DNA from: Candidatus Poribacteria bacterium
Lineage (GTDB): Bacteria > Poribacteria > WGA-4E > PCPOR2b
Length of the DNA: 64,000 nucleotides
Assembly: GCA_965116925.1 (NCBI GenBank)
Contig: OZ220744.1
Coordinates: 2,016,001-2,080,000, forward strand
Direction of reading: 5' to 3'
Part shown: piece by piece, positions 49,271-58,672 of the stretch
How the letters are laid out: each line of letters starts with the position of its first letter
How positions within the stretch are numbered: position 1 is the stretch's first letter
Made by a program: the position numbers and the translations under genes
The notes under the pieces: model-generated
Seen by the model: the letters and a program-made list of their open reading frames with translations, nothing else
What the model was told of the DNA's origin: nothing
The model's database searches: none

Positions 49271-50353
49271 ATGAAGATTGGCATCGTTGGATTACCTTAC
49301 GTTGGAAAAACTACCCTGTTCAATGCACTGACACAGTCTGAAGCAGAAACGGGGACTTATGCTGGGAAAAAGGGTGCCAACGTTAGCTCAGTGAAAGTGC
49401 CCGACGAGCGATTAACGGCGTTGGCGGAGGTATTCAGCCCGAAACGAGTCACTCCAACAAGCATCGATTATGTAGATATCGCTGGCGTCTCCAAAGGAAA
49501 TATTGCGCTTGAGGGGTTGGAAACGGGAGCCATCGCTGAACTCCGTGAGGTTGACGCGCTTGCACATGTCGTGCGCGTATTCGCAGATGACGCTGTGCCC
49601 CACGTTGACGGCGATGTAGACCCGGAGCGGGATATCGAAACGATCGACATCGAACTTGCCTTTGCAGATCTGGGGATTATTGACAGTCGTTTAGATCGGC
49701 TCAACCGGGAACTCCGGACACAGAAAATTCCAGCATTAGAGCATGAACGCTCGGTGTTAGAACGCTGTAAAAACGCACTGGAAGAGGGCACTGCTATTAG
49801 GGAGCTGCGGCTTTCCCCTGAAGATGAACGGACGATACGCGGTTACGGATTCTTGACACAAAAACCGTTGTTGTTGGTTCTCAATATTGGGGAGGATGAG
49901 TTGCAGCAGGCAGACGAAATAGGAGCTGGACTCGAAGTGTCCGATCGACAAATTGAGATAATCACACTTTCCGCCAGTTTGGAGATGGAGCTTGGACAGC
50001 TGGACACGGAGGAGGCGAAAATTTTCCGTGTTGAAATGGGACTCGACGAATCCGCTCTAGCGCGAGTGATTGATGTTTCGTACCGCACCCTCGGACTAGT
50101 GACCTTCTTCACTGTTGTCTCCGATGAGTTGCGAGCTTGGACGCTCAAAAGTGGGATGACCGCGCTTGATGCGGCAGCAGCGATCCATACGGATATGGCG
50201 CGGGGATTTATCCGTGCAGAGGCCATTCACTGGGCGGATCTGGTGGATTGCGGCGGATTAACAGAAGCGAGGGATAGTGGACTGCTCCGGCTTGAAGGAA
50301 AAGATTACCTTGTCTCGGATGGCGATGTTTTGACGGTGCGTTTTAACGTTTAG
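49271..50353 (+). CDS. ychF: Ribosome-binding ATPase YchF
   Basis: GIVGLPYVGKTT, DIAG, IHTDMARGFIRAE, RLEGKDY. Confidence 0.93.
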   Translation: MKIGIVGLPYVGKTTLFNALTQSEAETGTYAGKKGANVSSVKVPDERLTALAEVFSPKRVTPTSIDYVDIAGVSKGNIALEGLETGAIAELREVDALAHVVRVFADDAVPHVDGDVDPERDIETIDIELAFADLGIIDSRLDRLNRELRTQKIPALEHERSVLERCKNALEEGTAIRELRLSPEDERTIRGYGFLTQKPLLLVLNIGEDELQQADEIGAGLEVSDRQIEIITLSASLEMELGQLDTEEAKIFRVEMGLDESALARVIDVSYRTLGLVTFFTVVSDELRAWTLKSGMTALDAAAAIHTDMARGFIRAEAIHWADLVDCGGLTEARDSGLLRLEGKDYLVSDGDVLTVRFNV

Positions 50354-50357
50354 AGGT

Positions 50358-50840
50358 TCAAGACTCTTTGACATATAAAACGCCATCTTCCACTTTGACG
50401 GGCAGTTTCTCCATCGGTCGAGGCGGTGGGCCCGCAACGACATTTCCCGCGCTGTCGAAAACGGCGCCGTGACATGGGCAGAAGAACTGATCCTTCCCCT
50501 CATCCCATCGAACAAGGCAACCGAGATGGGAGCAGACACGCGAAAAGACCACGAAGTTTCCATCCCCCTGATCTGTCACATAGACAGACCGTTTCTTGTT
50601 GGTCTCAACCCACCCATCTTTGGCATTGAAGGTGTAGTTGATCTTTTTATAACGACTCCCCTTGAGCAGATCGACGATACCGAGATCCACCCACTTCTTT
50701 GATGCTTTCCTGAAAGCGGGCGAGATGGCAAATCCGATCAACGGGACCCCCATCGCTAGGCTGATTAGACCGCCAATGGCTGCCATACAAGCCTTAAAAA
50801 ATGTGCGTCGTTTCTGCCCTTCCTCTGGGACGTTTGTCAT
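50358..50840 (-). CDS. Rieske 2Fe-2S protein (QcrA-like, Tat/TM anchor)
   Basis: KRRTFF, CSHLGC, CPCHG, GPPPRP. Confidence 0.9.
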   Translation of the reverse strand: MTNVPEEGQKRRTFFKACMAAIGGLISLAMGVPLIGFAISPAFRKASKKWVDLGIVDLLKGSRYKKINYTFNAKDGWVETNKKRSVYVTDQGDGNFVVFSRVCSHLGCLVRWDEGKDQFFCPCHGAVFDSAGNVVAGPPPRPMEKLPVKVEDGVLYVKES

Positions 50841-50851
50841 ATCAATCCCCC

Positions 50852-51817
50852 CTAATTTAAGTCCTCATCTAGGTCAATCTCCTCCACGCTGAAGCGGAGA
50901 TGTGCTTTATCGACCACATCAATGATTCCCTGCCACTGTTTTTGGGTTTTCTCAGAGATGCCCTCTGCTTCAAGGGTTTGGGCAAATTCATTGATGGTGC
51001 TATGAAACTGTTGTTGAAAATAGGTATATTCTTCTGTTTCGTTTGGATTTTTAGGCGGTTCAAAATAGTCGATTAATTCGGTATATTTGCCAAGCTGTTT
51101 TGCTGCCTGCACTGCCGCTTCCTTATCACTATCCTTTGATGCTGCCCCTTTTTGGAAATACGCCCGGATAAGGTCATATTCGTCTTTCATCATCGCCATG
51201 ACCTCTTTAAGATCCTCCGGTTCAATCATTTCTGGGACCGCTGCTTCAGTCTTCGCAGGTCTTTTCAAAAACAGTGCATAACTGAAGGCAAGCGTCTTTT
51301 TTGGCATGAGCGCGATAGCTTGGGAGGCTGCTTGTTCTCCGGCAAGCGGTTCAACATCTTCACCAACTTTGATTTTATCTTCGATCCCTTTGCCGCTAAA
51401 TTGCTTGAGGAATTCGTCGTTGGCAATTCCAGCGACTTCGCTGGGCTTATGGACTTCAACTTTGACCACCTTTCCCGTCATATCAAGTCCCACGCCACCG
51501 CTGATAATACCGTTTGGTCCTTTAACAGATACAAACAGAGCCAATCCGATTGGCTTCTTGTTTTCATTGACAGCGATATAAAATGTCGGTTTAAGGTCTT
51601 CGGGCTGCAGCTGTGTTCCGATCTCCGCCTCGATAGCAGCCACTTTTTCAGGCGTTAGATCCGCCTTCTTTTCCAAGAAGTTCGCCGCATTCGGAAAAAT
51701 GGACGCCAATTTTTCTCTGGGCAAAGTTGTCTCATCTGCCCATACGATAGTGTGTGATACGACAATCAGCCAGCTTAAAAAGGCAATTTGGTAAGATACA
51801 ACAGATTTAAGTTTCAT
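50852..51817 (-). CDS. Exported protein with an FMN-bind (RnfG-like) domain and a helical cytochrome-like C-terminal domain
   Basis: Signal peptide, KGPNG...FLKQFSGK core, degenerate flavinylation motif; helical tail ending VDKAHLRF. Confidence 0.55.
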   Translation of the reverse strand: MKLKSVVSYQIAFLSWLIVVSHTIVWADETTLPREKLASIFPNAANFLEKKADLTPEKVAAIEAEIGTQLQPEDLKPTFYIAVNENKKPIGLALFVSVKGPNGIISGGVGLDMTGKVVKVEVHKPSEVAGIANDEFLKQFSGKGIEDKIKVGEDVEPLAGEQAASQAIALMPKKTLAFSYALFLKRPAKTEAAVPEMIEPEDLKEVMAMMKDEYDLIRAYFQKGAASKDSDKEAAVQAAKQLGKYTELIDYFEPPKNPNETEEYTYFQQQFHSTINEFAQTLEAEGISEKTQKQWQGIIDVVDKAHLRFSVEEIDLDEDLN

Positions 51818-51938
51818 CAGTTCTTCTCCTCACAGACTATTTTTGCGTATCAGTATAACTGGCACAGATAGTGACTGTCAAGCCAATCAGGAAAGATAGC
51901 GGTGAGTTTAGTTCATTGGTTCATTGGCAGTGAGTATC

Positions 51939-51994
51939 GTAGGGAACAACAATCGTTGTTCCCTACTAATGTCGAGATGTGAATCTCGACCTAC
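51939..51994. repeat. Two GTAG-REP hairpins
   Basis: GTAGGGAACAACAATCGTTGTTCCCTAC and GTCGAGATGTGAATCTCGACCTAC (same class as the hairpin at 9845). Confidence 0.75.
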
Positions 51995-52006
51995 TGACGG
52001 ACCGAT

Positions 52007-53329
52007 TTATCCCAAATCGCGGCGCAGCTCCTCCGCTGAAGCAACATCCGCGACCGTGCCCGGAGGGTGTTTATACCACCCCGGATCATCATAGCTAGCA
52101 AGCTGCTCCCGAATTTTTAGGATGGTAAACATACCACCCATTGTGATGTAATCGAAGGGACCCCGTGCACCGACCATGGGAATACTGTTCTTTGGCACTG
52201 GCATGTGTCCCGCTTCAACGTGAATTCCGTGTTCTCCCATGCCGTGCTCCCCCATCATCATATATGCAGGCAACAGGTTACGCACTTTTTGATCGAACCC
52301 TTTTTTCTCAATACCTACGACATTTGGAAAATCGTGTCCCATCTGATTCATGACATGGTGCGTCATGTGGCAGTGCACCCCCCAATCGCCCGGCTCGCTG
52401 GCGACGAACTCAATATCCTGCGTGTCACCGACAGGGACAAAGAGGGTGCTGCCCGGATGCTGCGCTGCAACAGGAATGCTGCCTCCGTTTGTCGCAGTAA
52501 TCTTGAAGTAATGACCATGGAGGTGAATCGAATGATGGTCCATTGCGGAGAGATTGCCAAAGCGAATCCGCACCCGATCGCCCATTTTGGCAACTAACGA
52601 CTCGGTTCCTGGATAACACTTTGCGTTCATTGTCAGGACGTTGAAGTCATTCATCTCGTTGGGATTAGGCGTGGAGGTTCCCGGATCAATTCGCCACTCA
52701 CTTAACATGATAGCGAAGTCCCGGTCTACCTTGTAATCGGGCGAGGGTTTTCTGGGATGGAAAACGAGCATTCCCATCATGCCCATCGCCATCTGCGTCA
52801 TTTCGTCATGGTGGGAATGGTACATATAGGTCCCCGATTGGCGCACCGTCCACTCATATTTGAAGGTCTCACCCGGTTGGATGGCGCGCTGGGTGAGTCC
52901 CCCAACACCGTCCATCCCGTTCGGGAGAAAGACGCCGTGCCAGTGGACAGACGTGGGGGCTTTGAGCTTGTTGGTGACGTAGATGCGAATACGCTCGCCC
53001 TCCACCGCCTCAATGGTAGGACCGTGAACCTGTCCATTGTAGCCCCAGCACTTCGCTTTCAAACCGGATGCGAAGGTGTGCCACACCTCCTCAGCGACCA
53101 AGTGAAAAACTTTAACGCCGTCAACAACCTTCCACGGTAGAGAAGATATGTTGGGCGTGATGACCGGCGTGTAGTCCTTACCGGGCAGCCCCGGTGCTAA
53201 CGCGGGTCGTTGTACGTCCCCCGCGTAAGATTTCTCCCATTGGGATTCTGCCGCGCTAGCTTTAGCTGCTCCTAGAGCAACGGCACCACCAACTAGTGCT
53301 CCTGTTTTGAGCATATCTCTCCGATTCAT
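52007..53329 (-). CDS. Tat-exported multicopper oxidase
   Basis: MNRRDMLK, HWH, YHSH, HSIHLHGH, HCHMTHH; RBS AGGAGG before 53329. Confidence 0.92.
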   Translation of the reverse strand: MNRRDMLKTGALVGGAVALGAAKASAAESQWEKSYAGDVQRPALAPGLPGKDYTPVITPNISSLPWKVVDGVKVFHLVAEEVWHTFASGLKAKCWGYNGQVHGPTIEAVEGERIRIYVTNKLKAPTSVHWHGVFLPNGMDGVGGLTQRAIQPGETFKYEWTVRQSGTYMYHSHHDEMTQMAMGMMGMLVFHPRKPSPDYKVDRDFAIMLSEWRIDPGTSTPNPNEMNDFNVLTMNAKCYPGTESLVAKMGDRVRIRFGNLSAMDHHSIHLHGHYFKITATNGGSIPVAAQHPGSTLFVPVGDTQDIEFVASEPGDWGVHCHMTHHVMNQMGHDFPNVVGIEKKGFDQKVRNLLPAYMMMGEHGMGEHGIHVEAGHMPVPKNSIPMVGARGPFDYITMGGMFTILKIREQLASYDDPGWYKHPPGTVADVASAEELRRDLG

Positions 53330-53330
53330 T

Positions 53331-54791
53331 TTAATGCCCTCCTGCTGCGTCTGCGTTTTCAAGGTGTTTTGCAGTGCCGTTCCCTTGTGATAGGGGTGTA
53401 TCGCCCTGTGTGTCTGAGACTAGCCTGCCGTTAAGGATCTGGTCAAACTCCGTGCGTGCAACATGATAGCTGTAGAGTGCTTGGATGTAATTTCGACCGG
53501 CGTCGATCTGTTGTTGTTTCACCAGTAACAGTCGTGGCGTGCCCACCTGCATCGCGTTGTACTGCAACTGGACCTGATCGAGGATCTTCTCTTGGAGTGG
53601 TAGTATCTCGTTTTGATAAGACAGTGCGGTCTGCCGAGCAGCCAATAGGCGGCGGCGCGCGGCGCGAACAACGGAGCGAATCTCAACCGCTAGCGCGTAG
53701 TATTCCTCCTGTCGGCGGCGCAGCTCTGCGGCTGCCGCTGCTCGCTGCCCCTGTTTTCGATCAAACAAGGGAATCTCAAATCCGAGTGCAGGTCCCGCTG
53801 ACCATGCCCCTGCTTCACCCTCAAGTTCTCCACCGATCTCTAAGTGTGGCACCAGGGACATCGCCTTTACTACGCCGAGTTGTTTTCCTATAGATACGAT
53901 CTCTCCTCGTGCGATCGCGAGATCTATGCTGTTTTCAATAGCAACCTTCTCAACGCTATCAAGGTTCATCGGTTCCGTTGGAACGTCCGGCAGTCGAGTC
54001 TCAACCATCCAAGCTGTTTCCGCGCCCCACACTCCCATCAACCGGTTGAGTTGTTCACGGCTTTCGGCAAGTGTTACCTCTGCAGTAGTAAGTGCTAGCT
54101 TCGATTGTTCATAAAGCGTGCGTTGAAGCAGCAGATCCAGTTCCGGGATATTCCCGGCTTCGTAGAGTTCGCTAGCAAATTGGTAGCTCGCATCGCTTGC
54201 CAACACAACCTGCTGCAACATTTCCAGCATCTGCTGTTCGGACTGAACGCGATAAAACACCCTGCGTGTCTGGCCCGCCAAATCCATCACGGCTGCTGTC
54301 ACACGGAGTTTTGCCGTCTCGAACTCCGATTTTGCAGCTGACTTTCGCATTGACCCATACAAAACTGAGAGAAAATCCATCTCAACCTTAAATACATAGT
54401 GGTCGTGGGCGGGGTGTGCCGTATCCGGATCTTGTGGGAGCCCAAAGATTGCGTCTCCATGAAAAGCAGGATTTGAAGGAGTATCCGCTTCAATGACAGC
54501 GGCGTGTGCGATACCGATTTCCTCATAGGTTGCCTGTAGACGACGGTTGTTTAATAGCGCAATCCGCACGGCAGTATCGGCCACTAACGGCTTATCCAAT
54601 AACTCTTTAATTGTTTGTGCCACTTCATCGGTTGAATCTGTCTCCATATTCCAGTGAATAGGAAAACCGATACGCTCATCTACTCCTTGTTGAACTTCGT
54701 TGAAAGCTGCCCTTTTTGATACACCGGCGCAGCCGGTTAGGGTGAGATACGCCGCGAAAAATAACGCGGCGTATCTCATTTTCTTGTTCAT
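53331..54791 (-). CDS. TolC family outer-membrane lipoprotein (copper resistance-associated)
   Basis: Lipobox LTGC, ALLNNRRLQA, IPLFD, YNAMQVG. Confidence 0.85.
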   Translation of the reverse strand: MNKKMRYAALFFAAYLTLTGCAGVSKRAAFNEVQQGVDERIGFPIHWNMETDSTDEVAQTIKELLDKPLVADTAVRIALLNNRRLQATYEEIGIAHAAVIEADTPSNPAFHGDAIFGLPQDPDTAHPAHDHYVFKVEMDFLSVLYGSMRKSAAKSEFETAKLRVTAAVMDLAGQTRRVFYRVQSEQQMLEMLQQVVLASDASYQFASELYEAGNIPELDLLLQRTLYEQSKLALTTAEVTLAESREQLNRLMGVWGAETAWMVETRLPDVPTEPMNLDSVEKVAIENSIDLAIARGEIVSIGKQLGVVKAMSLVPHLEIGGELEGEAGAWSAGPALGFEIPLFDRKQGQRAAAAAELRRRQEEYYALAVEIRSVVRAARRRLLAARQTALSYQNEILPLQEKILDQVQLQYNAMQVGTPRLLLVKQQQIDAGRNYIQALYSYHVARTEFDQILNGRLVSDTQGDTPLSQGNGTAKHLENADAAGGH

Positions 54792-54812
54792 TTTTTAAAC
54801 TCCTCACCTCTG

Positions 54813-55571
54813 TTAATGACTATGTTTGTGCGACTCCATGTCTTCAGTGCCAGACATACCCTCATTTGAAACGGACATCTGTTCCTTCGCGGTGTGGCAT
54901 CTGAGCATCGCGCTTCCGAAATACGGGTTACGAACGGGCTCACCAGTTTGCATCCATATTCCTGCTTTAGGGACATCGGGTGCCATCCCACACACATAGC
55001 TGTAGATCGGCTTCCCGTAATTTGCGGGCACCCCCACTGCTGCAATAAAGTGCTTGAAGCTATCGCTTAGTGAGCCGTAGGCGATTCGGGCAGCTTTGAT
55101 ATCCGAGAGATTGCCAAGCTGATGTGCAGTGTCGTGAATCATCTCTGTGTGGGCTTCGTGAGCGTTCCACAATTCAGCAGGGACTCCGGCTTTAACGGCA
55201 TGGAAGGCTTCGATTATTGCGTGTGCCTTCGCATTGACATTGTCCATCGTATCGGAAGCCAGCTGGTTTCCGATGGCAAGGTAGGCGTCAAGCATCGCAC
55301 CCAATGCGTCCGCGCCATCAGGAGAGAGCTCTGCGCTACGATGTCCTTGAGTCTTTTCACGCATCTCTCTCATTGGCATATCCCCTTTGTGCATCTCTGC
55401 CATCGGCATATTGTCATGATCGGGGGGTGCACCCTGTTGGGCGTTGGGATTTGCCGGGTGGTCTTGTGAGGTGGTGAGGTCAACGGTTTTGCTGCCGCAG
55501 CCGATAGCTAACGGTAAAAACAGAGTGATAAGTATGGGTAGAATTTGTCCATTGAAAACTTTGGATAACAT
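54813..55571 (-). CDS. His/Met-rich lipoprotein with a DUF3347-like domain
   Basis: Lipobox AIGC, HPANP, Met/His-rich linker, YLAI..QLASD, CGMA...NPYFGSAMLRC; RBS GGAGG. Confidence 0.75.
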   Translation of the reverse strand: MLSKVFNGQILPILITLFLPLAIGCGSKTVDLTTSQDHPANPNAQQGAPPDHDNMPMAEMHKGDMPMREMREKTQGHRSAELSPDGADALGAMLDAYLAIGNQLASDTMDNVNAKAHAIIEAFHAVKAGVPAELWNAHEAHTEMIHDTAHQLGNLSDIKAARIAYGSLSDSFKHFIAAVGVPANYGKPIYSYVCGMAPDVPKAGIWMQTGEPVRNPYFGSAMLRCHTAKEQMSVSNEGMSGTEDMESHKHSH

Positions 55572-55693
55572 GAGAATAACCTCCGTTTGGAATGAAAGAT
55601 AATCAAAGATAGACCGGTGGTGTTGTGGCGTAGGCACACAGATACACCAACCGATGAATATATTTCAGATATAAAAAAAGGTGTATAGGAAAA

Positions 55694-56158
55694 TTAGGCG
55701 AGAACAAACGGAGGTGCCCGAGGAGAGAACTGCGGGAGGAGAGTATCGGTATAGCGTTTATGGGTAGGTTGAAGATGAGCGGTGAAAGAGACAGGATCAG
55801 GAAAAACGCTAGGTGTTGTAGGGATTAGAACAACAGATAAAAATGTGTCTTTTTGTATTTGCGAGGTGAGTTGGGGCTCACTGGTTCCAAGCGATTCCCA
55901 CTGGTTGAAGCAGCAATATCCCTCTTCCTCCTCTTGACGTTCATGGGGAAGGGCTGGTTGATTTTCAGACTCACAGCAAGTGGATTGATTTGTTCCATCA
56001 ACGGTTGGTGAACCAATCCGATGCTGATGATGGCTTGAAACCTCATCGGAGGCAGCATTTTCATCTGCCTCTTGGATTACTGCACATTGTACTGGGCAGA
56101 TGAAATAAACCGAAGCGAGTGAGAGTAAGAAAAGCGCACAAAGATTTTTGAATTTCAT
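55694..56158 (-). CDS. DUF2946/CutF/CruR-like leader protein with C-terminal RAPP motif
   Basis: Signal-like N-terminus, CPVQC, two CC pairs, His cluster, ends SPRAPPFVLA*; first gene of the copper cluster. Confidence 0.7.
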   Translation of the reverse strand: MKFKNLCALFLLSLASVYFICPVQCAVIQEADENAASDEVSSHHQHRIGSPTVDGTNQSTCCESENQPALPHERQEEEEGYCCFNQWESLGTSEPQLTSQIQKDTFLSVVLIPTTPSVFPDPVSFTAHLQPTHKRYTDTLLPQFSPRAPPFVLA

Positions 56159-56245
56159 TAGATTGCTACCTCCCATGCCGTTATATACCGATGCAATGGG
56201 AAAAATTATTGTTTGTTCGCAGAACCTTCGGAAAGTTGGGGGCGA

Positions 56246-56833
56246 CTATATATATTCTTCTTCTTCATCTTCAGCAGGGTAGATGTTGACATCGGATATT
56301 GAGATTGATTCGCCGACATAAAAGGTTAACCAATTCCCAACTAGCTCGACAGACATCATCTCATCATCTTCGCTGGTGTATTCGTGCAATTCTGCCTCGA
56401 ATGTCTCCATCTCTAGGAGATTTACAACGGCCATCTCCGCCGGAACGATCTCCTGCCGCACATATTCAACAGAAATTTCAGCACCTTCGTCATCAGGATC
56501 AGGGTAGTGGAGCGTGATTAAATCAGGAAGATCTTCATCTAACTCCTCTTCACCGTCGATAATCCAGCGGGAGATCTCATATTCGTTTGTGCCGCCGATC
56601 CGATCTACCCCCAAAACCACGACTTCATCTTCATCTTCAAGACGATACATATAGCGCAGCAAGCTGCTGCCTACATACTTTTTCCGCTCCGTCAACTCAA
56701 ACGTGCGGGAAGCTGCATCGCTGATTTCAAACGTGATCGAATCAGAAAGCTCAATCATGCTTCCAAGTGGAATATCCAACAATTCGTGCCGCTTCGGTTT
56801 TTCATCTCTTGATTTGCGGCGAAATAGTGCCAT
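56246..56833 (-). CDS. Highly acidic protein, possibly DUF2491/YjfK- or DUF4178-like
   Basis: Very D/E-rich beta-type protein (LGSMIEL...VGESI). Family call is by recollection. Confidence 0.5.
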   Translation of the reverse strand: MALFRRKSRDEKPKRHELLDIPLGSMIELSDSITFEISDAASRTFELTERKKYVGSSLLRYMYRLEDEDEVVVLGVDRIGGTNEYEISRWIIDGEEELDEDLPDLITLHYPDPDDEGAEISVEYVRQEIVPAEMAVVNLLEMETFEAELHEYTSEDDEMMSVELVGNWLTFYVGESISISDVNIYPAEDEEEEYI

Positions 56834-56941
56834 TGCGCTTACCTCTATTAATAACGAACGATTCTAGGATCTGGTTTATACGTTGTGGTATATTAGTTTT
56901 TGGAAGACATTGGGGTGCACCACGTAGCACCCCATGCCAAT

Positions 56942-58015
56942 CTAGAAGTAACCTTTGTTATACATTATCAAAACGACAACCCCAATAATCAGGAGGCTGC
57001 CGAAAACAAGAACGAACCATGTGCCTCCAGAGGTCTTCTTCTGAACCACAACTCTTTGTGGTTGTGGTTGCGTCGTTGATGCTGATGCAGTTTGGCTGTC
57101 GCTCGCTAAAACAATGTTACGAAGTGACTTTTCGTCCGGAAGTTCTTCAACCGTCACCGCTTCTTCGGCGTTTTCGCCATAGAACTTGTCGGAGTTCTTC
57201 TCAACGTGTGCCTCAATGTAGTCCTCGTCTCGATTTGTGCCCGGATCTACATAGCGCGAATCTGGCTTGATGCCTTGGCTGTCATAGTAGGCTCGCCACT
57301 TTTCGTATTCCATCTGTCGGTCATGTGACCAGTGCGATCTGTCATAATTCGGATGGTGATAATACCACAGCCAACTATGATGGATTCGATGATTATAGTA
57401 ATCGTGGAAGTAGATCCCCGAAATCATATTTGCGAATACCATACTGGCAGTTAGGCTATAGATGGAGTAACCTGCCATTGGATAATACATACCGAAATTA
57501 TTGACGGTGATTGGGGACTGTGCTTCACGCGCTTGGCGACGGGCACGGGCGGTATCTCGGTTTGCACGTCTGACTTGACGTTTGAGGCTACGATTTTCCG
57601 CCTTGAGGTTTCGAGTTTGCTGCCGTTGTTGCGATTGCAGTGACCGTCTTTGGCTGCTAGTCATATTTCTCGTGGAGACAGCGGAACCGGTTTTTGCACT
57701 GCTCATCGCGCTCTGCCGTTGCCGGACCGCGCTGCTTGAGCGCGCTGCACTCGGTCGTGATGAGCTAGCAGCACTACTGCCGTAGCTTCTGCTGGTGCTT
57801 CGGGAGCTTGAGCGTACTGATGAACTGCCATAAGTTCTTGATGACGAGGTGCTGCTCCGGGTTGACCTTGTATAACTTCGACTACTGCTGTAACTTCTGC
57901 TACCGTAGCTTCTTCCACTGGATCTGAAGCCTTTTGAAAAAACGTCAGAACCTATGCTGAATGCGAATAAAACAAGAACTGCCGCAATCGATACTTTTTG
58001 GAAAGGACGTCTCAT
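56942..58015 (-). CDS. Membrane-anchored exported protein with an Arg/Ser-rich low-complexity region
   Basis: Signal peptide, ~100-aa R/S tract, coiled coil, Y/H/W-rich block, C-terminal TM; RBS GGAGG. Confidence 0.75.
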   Translation of the reverse strand: MRRPFQKVSIAAVLVLFAFSIGSDVFSKGFRSSGRSYGSRSYSSSRSYTRSTRSSTSSSRTYGSSSVRSSSRSTSRSYGSSAASSSRPSAARSSSAVRQRQSAMSSAKTGSAVSTRNMTSSQRRSLQSQQRQQTRNLKAENRSLKRQVRRANRDTARARRQAREAQSPITVNNFGMYYPMAGYSIYSLTASMVFANMISGIYFHDYYNHRIHHSWLWYYHHPNYDRSHWSHDRQMEYEKWRAYYDSQGIKPDSRYVDPGTNRDEDYIEAHVEKNSDKFYGENAEEAVTVEELPDEKSLRNIVLASDSQTASASTTQPQPQRVVVQKKTSGGTWFVLVFGSLLIIGVVVLIMYNKGYF

Positions 58016-58134
58016 ACTTAACTGCCTCCTTGGGAAGTTGGGGTAAGCTCTCTTATCTCATTAAACACTCTTATCCCTGTAGAAGTTCCCCTACGCATGG
58101 GAAATAGCAAAAAATTGGTATCCCTAGAATTTGC

Positions 58135-58163
58135 TTGACAATTTATAGTGTGTGAATTATTAT
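58135..58163 (+). promoter_or_regulatory. Sigma70 promoter of tRNA-Arg
   Basis: TTGACA-17 bp-TATTAT. Confidence 0.7.
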
Positions 58164-58176
58164 TACCATTGAGGGT

Positions 58177-58250
58177 GTGCCTGTAGCTCAACTGGATAGA
58201 GCGTTAGCCTCCGGAGCTAAAGGTTGGGCGTTCGAGTCGCCCCAGGCACA
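58177..58250 (+). tRNA. tRNA-Arg(CCG)
   Basis: GTGCCTG acceptor stem, TAGCTCAACTGGATAGAGC, TTAGC-CTCCGGA-GCTAA, GTTCGAGTC. Confidence 0.95.
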
Positions 58251-58672
58251 TCAACCTACCACATTTCTCTTTCTTTTCCACACGTCCGACTTAGAACTAC
58301 CATCAGTTTTCATATTCAATAGGGAAATTATACTTTCGATCTGTTCTCTCTGTCAATGATTTGTTATGTTTTTTTGTATCCTTTAGGACTTACGCTCTTG
58401 AGTTTGTAGTAGCGCGATAAATCGTCCTACTCTAAACCAAGAACATGGGGCAACCCCGCCTTCCACCCTTCCATGCTTCCACAGCCACCAAAATCAGGTG
58501 CAATTCTCCCACACCTAAAACTCCCCTTGTTACAGATGTATCCGAACCACTTTTTTTGCTTGTATTATTGTAAAGGGTATGATACTTTATCGCACATGTA
58601 TTTGGTATAATGACCTCAAACTTTCACGTTTTACACATCACATTTCACATACGGAAGACAGAGGAGGCGTAT

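Noticed and set aside
45933..58250. Genomic island bounded by the two tRNAs
   Set aside because: No integrase or duplicated tRNA 3' end found, and the region contains core genes ychF and mqnD.
58177..58359. 60-aa ORF in the track
   Set aside because: Begins exactly on tRNA-Arg; spurious.
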